Made by a program: the position numbers and the translations under genes | The notes under the pieces: model-generated | Database searches by the model: none | Told to the model about the DNA's origin: nothing | What the model saw: only the letters and a program-made list of their open reading frames with translations | From: Octopus sinensis | Taxonomy: Eukaryota | Assembly (NCBI RefSeq): GCF_006345805.1 | Contig: NC_042999.1 | Span: 42,780,001 to 42,844,000 of the forward strand | Reading direction: 5' to 3' | Length of the DNA stretch: 64,000 bases | Shown: piece by piece, positions 39,781 to 53,179 of the stretch | How the letters are laid out: each line of letters begins with the position of its first letter | How positions within the stretch are numbered: position 1 is the stretch's first letter

Positions 39781-40541
39781 TGGATTTCATTCTCTTTCCG
39801 CGGTAAAATCCAATAATGATGTTAGAAATGATTATTGAATTTCTGAAGCCGTGTCTTGAAGCAGCTCCTGTTTTAATTTGTTTTAATATTTGTTTTCTGT
39901 AACGTAACTTAGATTTACTGGGTTGTATTTTATTGTTATTACGTCAAACACGAGGAGGATAGCTTAATTGTTATATATGTTCCCGGTTTAGGAAAAGGTA
40001 TTTTTGTTAATTGCTATTTCTTTCTACCTCTACGGTAGAAATTCATTTCAATATGGCTACGACAACGACGACGATTGGATAAGATTTGTATAACGTTGGT
40101 AGATAATTTACTTCTTTGAGGAAGGAAAAAGCGAAAGGAACCTTGAATCTTTTGAATATTGGGAAGAGCAGCAATTGCAAGATTAACACAACTACAACAA
40201 TAAACTTTACACGGTGTGAACAATAATTATTTCTGATTCAGAGACAAGAATTTCGACTGACATTTTGTTATATTGACCCAGGGGGATAAAAGGTAAAGTT
40301 AACCTCGCCGAACAATTGAACTCAGAATGTAAAGAGCCGAAACAAATACCGATATGTATTTTGTTCGACGCTCTCACATTTCTCCTAGCTCTACAATGTC
40401 TGACTCATTCTCTCAACTATACATTGTATGCTGTCTTCAACAAAATTTTCTGCAAATTTGTCCAACCTTCGCCCGATTTTACATGGGCTGAAAAATATTG
40501 TTGAAAACTATAACTTGCACACAAGAAATTTATAGCATTAC

Positions 40542-41322
40542 TGGTTTTCAAATTTTGGTTTTCAAACAAGGCCAGCGAGTTCTTAGGAGAGGGATAGGTC
40601 GTTTACTTCGATTCCAGTATTTTATTAGTACTTATTTTATCGACTCCGAAAGGATGAAAGGCAAAGTCGACCTCGGCGGTATTTGAACTCAGAACGTAGC
40701 GAAGCTACGCATTTCGCTCGGCGTGCTATCTATCCCGTCAGCTCACCACCTTAAATTTATAGCATTATTATCCTACACGTGAAGGCGCATGGCTCAGTGG
40801 TTAGAGCGTAGAGCTTACGATCGTGAGGTTGTGAGTTCGATTCGCCGGACCGGGCTGTGTTGTGTTCTTGAGCAAGACACTTTATTTCACGTTGCTCAAG
40901 TTAACTCAGCTATAGAAATGAGTTGCGATATCACTGGTGCCAAGCTGTATAGGCCTTGCCTTTCCCTTGGATAACATCAGTGATGTGGAGAGCGGAGGCT
41001 GGTATGCATGGGCGACTGCTAGCCTTCCACAAACAATCTTGCCTTGACTTGTGCCTCGGAGGCTAACTTTCTAGGTGCAATCCCATTGTCATTCATGACC
41101 GAAGGGGGTCTCTTCCTCCTCCTATTATCATACATATTTAAGGTGGCGAGCCGGCAGAATCGTTAGCACACCGAGCAAAACGCTGAACGGCATTTCGCCC
41201 GTCTTTATATATTCAAATTCCGCTGAGGTCGATAAAATGAGTATCAGTTGAGTACTGAAGTCAATATAATCGACTTACCCGCTCCCTCGAAATTGCTGGC
41301 CCTGTGCCAAAATTTGAAATCA
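40542..41322. mobile_element. Cluster of SINE-B (-), SINE-C (+) and SINE-B (+) with stacked TSDs
   Basis: aaatttatagcatta twice; tattatc(c/a)taca three times. Confidence 0.8.
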
Positions 41323-44300
41323 TTATTATCCTACATATGTCCGAGTAAATTTGTTATCTGGTAAAATCTTAAATATCTCATTCCAACTGATGTAAAAGTG
41401 CACAATACCACGTGATCCGTTCCTGTTTCTCTACCCCAGCGTAAATCTATTCTCCACCCCCTCTATTCCAGAAGTGGTCTCGCTTACTCTTTCTATAACA
41501 GGGATTTCGTGTTTGTAGTTTGACAGAGGCATTTTGTTGAAGTTCGGAATTCGAGCGACAGCTCCCAGATTTCAGCGCCCTAAGCCATTATTTAGTTTGC
41601 TTGGTTTGTAGCGCTGACCCTCGGTTGAACATCAAGCATCAAAACAACCTGAAAGTGATTAACGGATACGCATGAAAGAAACAAAATTGTTTGAAACGTA
41701 AGAGTATTTTAACAATACATTCTCAAATACATAAACAGACATCACAAAACATTAGAGAAAATTTACATAAACTCTAAATCAAAGCAAAACATAACAAAGA
41801 AAACCGGAAGTATCGCCATTATCTATCTTTTACATTCGTAGCCCTGCACTAAATTTGAACAACATACGTAAACACAAGCAATTCACACACAAAATGCACA
41901 ACCGTAACCAAAGGAAACGAAATACTTCACTTATGGCAGAATGCAAAACTCGCTAAACATACTACAATACAATACTAACAACCTAAACATTTTAAGTTTT
42001 TATAAAGTAAAGTGAATAGTTATCGTACACAACATTCGTGTTGGTTTAATGTAAATTAGAAGCCCAATACAGAATATCTGAAATCCCCTAGTGACTTCTG
42101 TGAGGAAGGATAGATCAAACCATGGTAGTCACCGTGTTTTGGTTTAATAATAGACATGAAAATACTTATAAGCCATAACATGATGTACATAAGAATATAT
42201 ACATCCAGCACAAAGCCTAAACGACAATTGATCATAATTCGATCGTAGGATACGATTGCACACAAAAAATGCAAGCATTCGAACTAACAGCGAACATTTC
42301 GAAATATATTAGCAAAAATAGACAAATACAGACTATCCTGCCAACTGCCCTTCCAAATTATAGACCAAAATAACAAACATCATTGGTACAAAGCAAATAC
42401 AGACAATCCAAAATATGAACGCAAAAGGACTACACACACGTACCCTTTAAGTCTTGAATAAGCCACACTAATACATCACACCAAGCTAACAACACTAGTT
42501 TATTATTGCGGATTAACTTAATCTTATCTGGAACCCAGTCTTTTCCCTGCACGTTTACAAAATAGCGCACTATGGTTTGTTGTTGTTTTTCAAACGAGTA
42601 TTTGACCTTCGCATTATCACTCAACGATGTTGGCAAGCAAAGCTATTGGATTATAACTTAGAGGGTTTAATATTTTGTCAACTTTGTGAAGTATGATGAT
42701 TTATTCCTCAGTGAATCATTCAATTGTTTTTTTATGACTATTTTTGGAAGTATTTGATGATAGTCGTTTGGTATTTTAACTAAAAGTTTGGCACTTCCAC
42801 ATTCTCTGGTTCTTTTCTATCAGAATCTTCTACATGGGGTGTTCTCAGAACGACTGATATGTGCCATAAAATGTGTGTTGAGAACTACTTACACGTTGGT
42901 GTTTTGAGGACAATTGGTGTGTTCTACACGAGTGTCTTGTGACTTATATAGCTGTTACATAAATTATGTCATTTATCCTGGTGATTATATGATTGCAGCT
43001 GTCGAAAGAATACGTTTCTGTTTTTGGTACAAAATTTTCGTTAAGTTTCAAGTTTTAGCACGCCTTCTTAGCCCATAAAATGTTCCTTTACTGATTTTAA
43101 TTTTTTTAATTCCATCTTTAGATTATTGTTGTGTTCAAAATATCCAGCTTTGGAACATTCTATTTTCCTTTTTACTTGCATTCATATTTTCGATGATGTA
43201 GTACCTCATTATAAAACCAGTAAATTTTTCTCCGTTACTCAGAAGCAACATAGTATATACAAAGGTAGATGTTAGGCTATATATCAACAAAGTTTGGCCA
43301 GCACTTAGATGTTTCGACATAATTTTAAAATGTAAACACTCACAGACAATCTAAAAAGTATATTTTACACAGTCTGTTGAATCTGTTTTGTTTTTTGACA
43401 CTTCTGTCTGGACATTAACGAGAAGGCTTGAAATATGCTGAATAGCACCTATATGTGCATACTTCGTTCTAATTTGAATGCGTCCTGGAATGAACACCGC
43501 ACCAATAGAGTATACAATAAGCTTCCTAAAGTATCAGAAGTCATTAGTAAGTGAAGAGTTTGCTTTGCTGAACACTGGAGATGTAAGAAAAAGCAGGTTA
43601 ATAACATTTGGACACGGCTATAATCGTCTTAATCACCCTGCAGAGTCATACATCGATCAGTTAACAGATGACATTGGATGTTATCGAGGGATTATCACAT
43701 GCCATGGAAAATACAGTTCTGTGAAGAATCAAGGTCATGTAAATCTGAGATCAAGCTCTACCCAATGAGGATGAAGTTTTGATTCGGTTCTTCTTCGAGG
43801 AATATTCTCAAAGTATATAGTCGTAAATGGCGTGTTGTTAAACGCTAGATCACATCTGATCCAAGAGATATATTTTTACCAAAAGCGTTCCCATCTTTCT
43901 TTTATTTTTCTTTTGTTTTGTTTTTCAGACTCTGTCTCTGAGAGATCACCTCGTTCAATGCTTATTTTTATTTAATAAAAATGGTAGGCTATTATTCAAA
44001 GGAAAACACGGCTGGTATTTATTGTAGGTTGAGAAACTGTGTAGAGACTCTTACGAAGGCTTGTAGCTTACTGGTGTTTCATTTTATTTGCTTGTGTACG
44101 CATGTAATCGTGCATGTGTGTATGTGTAAGTGTGTGTCAATGAGCGCATGCACACGCTAATTCTATCATCGAGATTTTTGTGTCATCTTCATCCTCACCA
44201 CCACTAACGCCACCATCACCACCACATCATATGTCAAAATACCTTTTCTTCACAGCAAGATCTCTAAATCAAGCAGTGATTATAGATGCATATCTAACCA

Positions 44301-44970
44301 GCTTCTTTCTCATCTCTTTTCCAGCCGCATCAATCCTCTTATTACGCAGTTGATTGTTTGCCGCTGCCAGGTCCTTGAACTTAATAACCTTTTTGAGCCG
44401 GGAAAATCTCTTTTATCTTTAATTGAAATGTTCGGTTATCTGCTTTAAGTATAATGACATTTCAGATGACCTTTCTAAATATGGCCATGTTTGATTGTAT
44501 TAACAAATACTGTCCGCCTTTTTGTAAAGCCTGTATATGTCTGTGTAAGCGTATGTGAGTGCTTTTAAAGATGTGTATCTGTGTGTGTGTGTGTGTTTAA
44601 AGACACTCATACATAGACACTTACAGACACACACGCACGCACTTACATTCACAAACGTACAAATGTATACATGTATCTTAGCATATATTTACTACACGTT
44701 AAAATATCCGTGTGTGTGTGCGCGCGTGTGTATATGCATGCATATAAGTACATATGTATATATATACACATACATATATATATGCATATATTTAAATATA
44801 AGTACACGCGCTTACATACGCATATATGTATACTTACACGTGCATATATCTATGTGTCTGTGTGTGTGTATCTTATATATATATATATATAATATATATA
44901 TACATACAAATATAAATATATGTATATATATATATATATATTATATATATATATATATATACAAATATAA

Positions 44971-45008
<38 letters not shown>

Positions 45009-45063
45009 AATATAATATATGTATATATATATATATATATATATGCAAATATAAATATATGTA

Positions 45064-45101
<38 letters not shown>

Positions 45102-45276
45102 CAAAATATATATATGTATGTATATATATATAATATATATATACAATATAAATATATGTATACGTATGTTTTTTATCCATATACATATACACACACACAC
45201 ATACACATATATGTTTATGCTTTTATGTCTTTGTGTCTGTATTCGTGTATGAGTCCATGTATATATAGATACATAC

Positions 45277-45397
<121 letters not shown>

Positions 45398-45457
45398 TGA
45401 TTGGTAGACTTGTATGTGCATGTGAATGCATGAGTATGTTCGTGTATGTAGACATTA

Positions 45458-45504
<47 letters not shown>

Positions 45505-46589
45505 ATATATATATACTTACACATACACACACATATACATATATATATTAGGCATTTGTAATACATTGTATGGCGAATGGACTCATATTGAATCAGTTCT
45601 ATTTAAATTTTTGTATAGGGGGTGTACATTAAATTTTCTAGGTCTTTTTAATCTATGCCATCGATTATAAATGCGTGTGTGTATGTGTGTGTTTGTATGT
45701 GTGTGTACATATATATATATACATATATACACAAGGAAACACATATACATACACATCTACATGCATACGTATTGACAAACACGCACACACCCACGTTTAT
45801 ATGTCGGTTGTATGCATGTATGCATGATGTGTGTATGTATACATGTATGTATGTGTGTATATATAAAAACTTGAGGTTATTTTGAAGCATTGTATGGATT
45901 ATATGAACAGATTTGAAAGCCATATGAATGCAATTTCTTTTTTTGTAAATTTTCGATTTTCAGAAAGTCTCTTTCAAAAATTTATAGTAATGCGTTCAAA
46001 TGTGTTTTTAAAATTTGTGTAGACATTTCCTGTCCATTAACCGTTGTAGCATTTGGCTTCTGCAGTACGTTGCTGTAACAGTGAATTACATGAAAACAGA
46101 AGAAAAAAAAGAAAAAAATTTTATCACGGTTATTTTTTTGCTCCTGAAGGCCACATTTTTGTTGTAACACCGAAATGAAACAAACAAGCAAAAAAGAAAA
46201 AAAACCATTGCTGTAATAGCTTTTCACCGATGTGTAGCCATCGATGACGTCTCATGAGCAGAAACCTTCGAAATTATTTTTCTTGCTGGTTCAGGCCCCT
46301 AAAAGTATTAGCAAACACTTTTCGTAAACAGCCAATGTGTTTATTCTGACGTGGAATATATTGAAAATAATTAGACTCATATTTTTATTACAGAAATATG
46401 TAAACCAACGCCGCTTTATAGATAAAATTATCTATTATTCACATTTCCGGCATAAAAGTCGCACTTTTCAGATCAAAATTTACAGCCAAAATGTAAGTCG
46501 ACTTATACACCAAAACAACTTTGGAGAACCAAAAATTCCATGTTATATGCAGTAAGATTTGGAAAGATAGTGACGATGTTTGAATGTTT

Positions 46590-46630
<41 letters not shown>

Positions 46631-46631
46631 T

Positions 46632-47022
46632 AAATATTAGGAATAAATCCAATTTACAGGGAAAAAATCAGATTTAGGATTAAATCCAATTTTATAGTAA
46701 AATATTATAAAATATTATTAGAGACAAAACCACTATTTTGCAAAACAAACAAGGAAAGACTTAATCAATACATAAAATTTTAATAAATAGTCAAAAAAAC
46801 CGCCACTACAATTGTTACTTGTCTTGATCGACAATCTTCAGGTGGACTTTCAATAAGTCAGTTTCTGAAACTGACTTATTGGAAGTCCACCTGAAGATTG
46901 TCGATCAAGACAAGTAACAATTGTAGTGGCGGTTTTTTTGACTATTTATTAAAATTTTATGTATTGATTAAGTCTTTCCTTGTTTGTTTTGCAAAATAGT
47001 GGTTTTGTCTCTAATAATATTT

Positions 47023-47026
<4 letters not shown>
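46632..47026. mobile_element. Penelope-like fold-back: 160-bp arms, 1-nt loop, hammerhead motif in each arm
   Basis: 46706-46865 vs 46867-47026 with one mismatch; ccac-CTGAAGA-ttgtc gatcaa gacaa-GTAA-caattg-TA-gtgg at 46887-46929 (+) and 46803-46845 (-). Confidence 0.8.
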
Positions 47027-47117
<91 letters not shown>

Positions 47118-47901
47118 AAAGTGTACGTACGCCGCTATATATATATATATAAATCGACCTCTGGGCGTATTCTTCGTAAGTCTAGTACTTATTCTATCGG
47201 TCTCTTTTGCCGAACCGCTAAGTTACGGGTACATAAACACACCAACATCGGTTGAAAAGTCACCTGAAGAGATATATTGCATCTAATGATGCACCACAAC
47301 CAGTTGTGTAGAATCTCACCCTCGGAAGACCGATGTACGATAGGTGAAAACGATCGTAGTGATTAACAAAGAATCTCATGAATTCCATTTCCTCTTTCTC
47401 TCATATGTTATTTAACCGACGAACACGAAGAATTCCTGAAGTAAATCCAGTGACATTAATAGCCATACTATTGATGACATCAGATAGCCAAAGACAGCTG
47501 ACGTACTTTGAACGGAGAACTACCAGCAATATCCCTAAATTTAATATTATGATTTACATACACTACGTCAATATACACTATGCCGGAAGAAACGGTATTT
47601 CATTTCTCGGCACTACAGGGGTGCATAAAAATACTAAAAAAACTAGCTAGGATTTTATTTTGGTGTGTGAGTTTGTATATGTGTTTGTGTGTGTTTGTGT
47701 CTGCGTTTGTCCCCACCACCGCTTGACAACCGGTTCTGGTGTTTTCACATTCCCGTAACTTAGCCGTTCGGCTAAAGAGACCGATAGGATAAATACCAGG
47801 CTTAAAAGAAAGTAAGTACTGGGGTCGATTCGCCCGGCTCAAATGTTTCAAAGCGGTGCTCCAGCATGGTCGCAGTCAAATGACTGAAACAAGTTTAAAA
47901 T

Positions 47902-47972
47902 ACTGTCCATAGGACTCGAACCCACATCGCTTGGGAACATGAGAGATGCGCTATCATTATACCACAGGAACA
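47902..47972 (-). pseudogene. tRNA-like remnant (pseudogene or isolated SINE head)
   Basis: tggtataatgatagc A-box-like and gtgggttcgagtcctat T-arm; anticodon arm does not pair. Confidence 0.4.
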
Positions 47973-48039
47973 CTTCCATAGGTCTCGAAGTCCTTAAATT
48001 CTTATGATGTAAACATTAATTAATAATTACAATAATTAA

Positions 48040-48885
48040 TAATGATTTCAAATTTTTGTCACAAAAGTAGCTTGGTGGAATGAGATTAAAACGATTACAT
48101 CGACCCCAATGCGTAACTGGTACTTATTTAATCGAACCCGAAAGGATGAAAGGCAAAGTCGATCCCGGCGGAATTTGAACTCAGAACGTAGCGACGGGCG
48201 AAATACCTATTTCTTTACTACCCACAAGGGGCTAAACACAGAGGGGACAAACAAGGACAGACAAACGGATTAAGTCGATTATATCAAACCCAGTGCGTAA
48301 CTGGTACTTAATTTATCGACCCCGAATGGATGAAAGGCAAAGTCGACCTCGGCGGAATTGGAACTCAGAACGTAGCGACGGGCGAAATACCTATTTCTTT
48401 ACTACCACAAGGGGCTAAACACAGAGAGGACAAACAAGGGCAGACAAACGGATTAAGTCGATTATATCGACCCCAGTGCGTAACTGGTACTTAATTAATC
48501 GACCTTGAAAGGATGAAAGGCAAAGTCGACCTCGGCGGAATTTGAACTCAGAACGTAGCGGCAGACGAAATACCTATTTCTTTACTACCCACAAGGGGCT
48601 AAACATAGAGGGGACAAACAAAAACAGACATAAGTATTAAGTCGATTACATCGACCACAGTGCGTAACTGGTACTTAATTTATCGACCCCGAAAGGATGA
48701 AAGGCAAAGTCGACCTCGGCGGAATTTGAACTCACAACATAACGGCAGATGAAACACGGCTACGCATTTCGCCCGGAGTGCTACTGTTTCTGCCAGCTCG
48801 CCGCCTTAATTTGAACTCAGAACGTAGCGGCAGACAAAATACCTCTAAGCATTTCGCTCGGCGCGCTAACGATTCTACCTTACAA
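48040..48885 (-). mobile_element. SINE-B tetramer plus extra head
   Basis: Junction cgaaatacctatttcttt at ~48199, 48384, 48567. Confidence 0.88.
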
Positions 48886-49303
48886 TAATTAGTAATTGCA
48901 TAATAAATGATCGCCAAAGAGAAACTATTTTGAGGAAAATTGTCCTGGAGTACAGTCGTCGTGATACCAACCCAAATATGCCTCCACAGTCGACTCGAAA
49001 CCAACGTGTACTTTAAATTCACAGCGTGGCTACATTATATATATATAGCTGTGAGATAGTATGTTTATTCAATAACATGAAAAATTGATTTAAGAATATT
49101 TGCAAATCAAATAATGACTATTGAATAAGCAAACTGAACAGAATCGCTAAACATTTTTGAAAATTGAAATTCAATGATAATGTGCCACAACCATACTAAG
49201 AACATCTTGGCAGAACCACAGCACGAGCGAAAAGGTCACGGAAAATTCAGAACTGAGTTATTCTATTGGGAACGACGCTTTGTCATATCCGTTTTCGCAT
49301 TGC

Positions 49304-49490
49304 ATATTTGGCGTCGCCCATTTGGCGTCACCTATTTGGCGTCGTCTATTTGGCGTCGCCTATTTGGCGTCGCCTATTTGGAGTCGCCTATTTGGCGCCA
49401 CCCATTTGGCGTCACTTTTTTGGCGTCACCTGTTTGACGTCGCTCATTTGGCTTTGCATTTTTGGTGTCGCCTATTTAACATCACCGATT
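49304..49490. repeat. 14-bp tandem repeat (tatttggcgtcgcc) x ~13, decaying 3'
   Basis: Direct reading. Confidence 0.9.
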
Positions 49491-50656
49491 GGACGCTGAC
49501 TTACTTGTCATCAGTTGTTTTAATGTCTCTCATTTTAAACGCTTCTTTTCTTTTATCTTTCTCTCCTTTTTCCCTTCTCTCTCTCTCTCTCTCGCTTTGT
49601 TTATGCGTGTGTACATCTTTCTCTTTATGTTCATGAGGAGAGGGGAAGAGTTTATGTCAGTCGTGCCATGTCTACAAGTGTCGGCGATTATGAACATCCA
49701 AGCCAAAATCTAAAGATTCCTGACTTTTCTTTGGAAAGATATGGCAATAGTTTCCCGTTGCATTCTGCCGACTTACAGCTTACTCTGGTAGGTTCTTGCT
49801 CTCCTGAATACATCCTTAAATCACAGGGACTATTTGATCCTTACACAGCGGAACTGGTTCATGTAATACCAGGACTTATCCAAATACATCTTGGGCTCCA
49901 GCCCTTTTCTAAATCCTCTATGCCGTCTTCTGGGCCCATACCTGAGGCCTTTACATAAATGAACACGCCCCCAGACCAGAACGGATCTGGGAATACTGAT
50001 GACTAAGTGATAACTGCATACTTTTCTCCCCGAAACTTCTGAATGCCCAAGCTGGAGTTGCTCGTTGTTACCTTCTCGAAATCCACAAGAAATATTCAAC
50101 GAAATACTCGTTGGGTAAAGGATAGAGTGGCGGTGGCGGCGGCGGCGGCGGCGGCGGCGGTGGAGGCGACGGCGATGGTTGTGGTGGTTGTGGTGGTGGT
50201 GGTGGTGGTGGTGGTGGTTGTGATGAAGTGGTGACAGGTGAGGTGGGGATGGGAATTTAACGTTAGATCAGCTTAGTAGCATTTCGTCTATTTTTGGGCT
50301 CTGAAATCAAATTCCGCTGAGGTCGACTTTGCCTTTCATCCATTTTGGAGTCGATAAATAAAGTACCAGTGGAATACTGAGGTCGATATAATCGACTAGT
50401 CCCCTCCCCCAAAATGGCTACCCTTGTGGAAAAATCTGAAACCATTATTATTATTATTATTATTATCATTATCATCATCATCATTATCATAATCATCATC
50501 ATTATCATCATCATTATTATTATTATTATCATCATCATCATCATCATCATTATCATCATCATTATTATTATCATTATCATCATCATCATCATTATCATCA
50601 TCATATTATTATTATTATCATTACCATCATCATTATCATCATTATTATTATCATCA

Positions 50657-50716
<60 letters not shown>

Positions 50717-50739
50717 TATTATTATCATTATTATCATTA

Positions 50740-50797
<58 letters not shown>

Positions 50798-51316
50798 GTT
50801 TGACTTTTGTTTTGCATTTGTACAAGTTGGCTCCAAGTCTCACCCCGAGACCTCAAGAGACAACAAGCTAGAAGTTCATGTTGGTGTTATGCCAAGGGTG
50901 CCATATATTTGGTGTTGTACATAGTGTTGTTCTAGAGAATGGTTAAGAAACCGTAAGGAAATTCTGTTTGTTTTAAAATTTGAGATTACATAGACAGTAT
51001 TTTACGGAGGATATGGGCAGTTCCCATGAGCACTATCTTTTGAATTTCTGCCATTTTGGGGTTTCCTGGTTTCTGAGCTAGGTAGCAATCAACCCCTTTT
51101 GCTATCATTCCTAGGGCACCTATGACAACAAGGTATTGTTTTAGTCTTGAGGTTCCACATTTTGCTAATTTCTAGTTCAAGATCTTTATACTTGCTCAGT
51201 TTTTGGTAGGTCTTGACAGATACGTTTATATCGATTGGGACAGTGTTTCGGTTTTAAATCACTTTTAGTCATCCACAGCCATCTTTTTTCTCTGTCTGTC
51301 TTATCATCAACATCCC
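50798..51316 (-). mobile_element. Second R4/Dong subfamily, internally deleted, in (TAA)n
   Basis: RWLWMTKSDLKP fused to VPIDINVSVKTYQKLSKYKDLELEISKMWNLKTKTIP..VIGALGMI...KIVLMGTAHILRKILSM* (stop 50986-50988). Confidence 0.82.
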
Positions 51317-51381
<65 letters not shown>

Positions 51382-51384
51382 GAG

Positions 51385-52272
51385 AGTCGGCAAGCTAGCA
51401 GACTGGTTAGCACGCTGGACAAAATGCTTAGTAGCATTTCTTCTGTTTTGACGTTCTGAGCTCAAATTCCGTCGAGGTCGACTTTGTCTTTCGTCCTTTC
51501 GGGGTCAATATATAAAAAGTAATAGTCAAATACTATGCGCGATGTAACTCACTTCCTCCTCAAAAATTGCTGGCCTTGTACCAATAAATGAAACCATTAT
51601 TAGAGAGAGTGAGAGAGATGCGGCGAATTGAAAGAATCGTTTGTATACCGGACAAAATGCTTAACAGCATTTCGTCCGTCTTTACGTTCCGTGTTCAAAT
51701 TCTGCCGAGGTCGACTTTGCCTTTCATCTTTTCAGAGGTCAATAAAATACTGGAGGTCGATAAAATACTGGAGTCGATGTAACTGACATCCCCCTCAAAA
51801 GCTGTTGGGATTGTGCTACAATTTGAAAACAGTTTTAGAATCAGACAGAGAGGAAAACAGGAAGAGAGGAAGAGAAATGCTATTCCAGACTTGGTTAGCT
51901 CTTAACACACTAAGAGTATATCCTTAGGCCCGAAATTTTGGGGGAGGGGGCGAGTCGATTAGATCGACCCTAGTACACAACTGGTACATAATTTATCGAC
52001 CCCGAAAGGATGAAAGACAAAGTCGACCTCGGCGGAATTTGAACTCAGAACGTAAAAACAGACGAAATACCTATTTCTTTATTACCCACAAGGGGCTAAA
52101 CACAGAGGGGACAAACAAGGACAGACATAGGTATTAAGTCTATTACATCGACCCCAGTGCTTAACTGGTACTTAATTTATCGACCCCGAAAGGATGAAAG
52201 GCAAAGTCGACCTCGGCGGAATTTGAACTCAGAATGTAAAAACAGACGAAATACCGCTAAGCATCTCGCCCC
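51385..52272. mobile_element. SINE-B cluster (two diverged + copies, one - dimer)
   Basis: Family core motifs. Confidence 0.8.
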
Positions 52273-52950
52273 GGCCGAAGCTTCAATGATATCTCAAAAA
52301 CTAATTAGTAGCAATAGAACTGCTGCTAAGATTGAATATATCAGCATTACAGATTGTGTCATATGCTGTAGAGTGAAAGCTATAATTAATCTCAGCCGAC
52401 ATTAATTGAATCATCACTGGACGTAATAGAATGTTAATAACGTTATACGTTTCGTTTAGAACACATGAGCAGTATAGTGGAGATGGAAATCATCGAAGTA
52501 GATATAAAACTGTTATAGTTTAGTAGTAAAGTTACTCCTAACCTCACTTGACCCTTTAAAGCTGTGCTTAGACTGATACACTTAGTCCAGCTTTACTGAT
52601 TTTGTGACTCAACTGTTCTTAAATGAAATTTATTTCAAACACTTCAACGTACTTTCCTCTCATTCTTCCTTCCTTCCTTTCATTTTTGCTCTCTGACTTC
52701 TTTCTATCTTTCTTTCTTCCTAACTCGCTCCCCCCCCCTTCCTTCTTTATTTTATTTGCTCTGCGGTTTCGATTCTAGCAGTCATGTAACTCCCCCCCCT
52801 CGTACGTCTTATTTTTTTAATGTTTTTCCTTTTTTTTTTTTTAGATGATTAACTCCTGTCACTTGCAATATCTTCTCAAGCTAAACCAAAGACCTAGTTT
52901 CCAGCAAAACAACACTGCTTATTTTCATTTTTGTTTTATTTAATTCACAA

Positions 52951-53121
52951 GGCGCAGGAGTGGCTATGTAGTAAGTAGCTTGCTAACCAACCACATGGTT
53001 CCGGGTTCAGTCCCACTGCGTGGCATCTTGGGCAAGTGTCTTCTGCTATAGCCCCGGGCCGACCAAAGCCTTGTGAGTGGATTTGGTAGACGGAAACTGA
53101 AAGAAGCCTGTCGTATATATG

Positions 53122-53179
<58 letters not shown>

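Noticed and set aside
38419-39838. Many long ORFs (poly-YI, MYVC, poly-I/Y/N/H) here and throughout the window
   Set aside because: Translations of microsatellites with no coding signal
43478-43768. 96-aa ORF in non-repetitive sequence, faintly like a transposase NH motif
   Set aside because: No convincing DDE motifs or TIRs; length compatible with chance
47380-47545. GPCR-like hydrophobic translation on the minus strand
   Set aside because: Interrupted by stops; similarity is subjective
49668-50099. Overlapping ORFs with an FLVDFEKV RT-like word
   Set aside because: A single weak motif; too decayed to call
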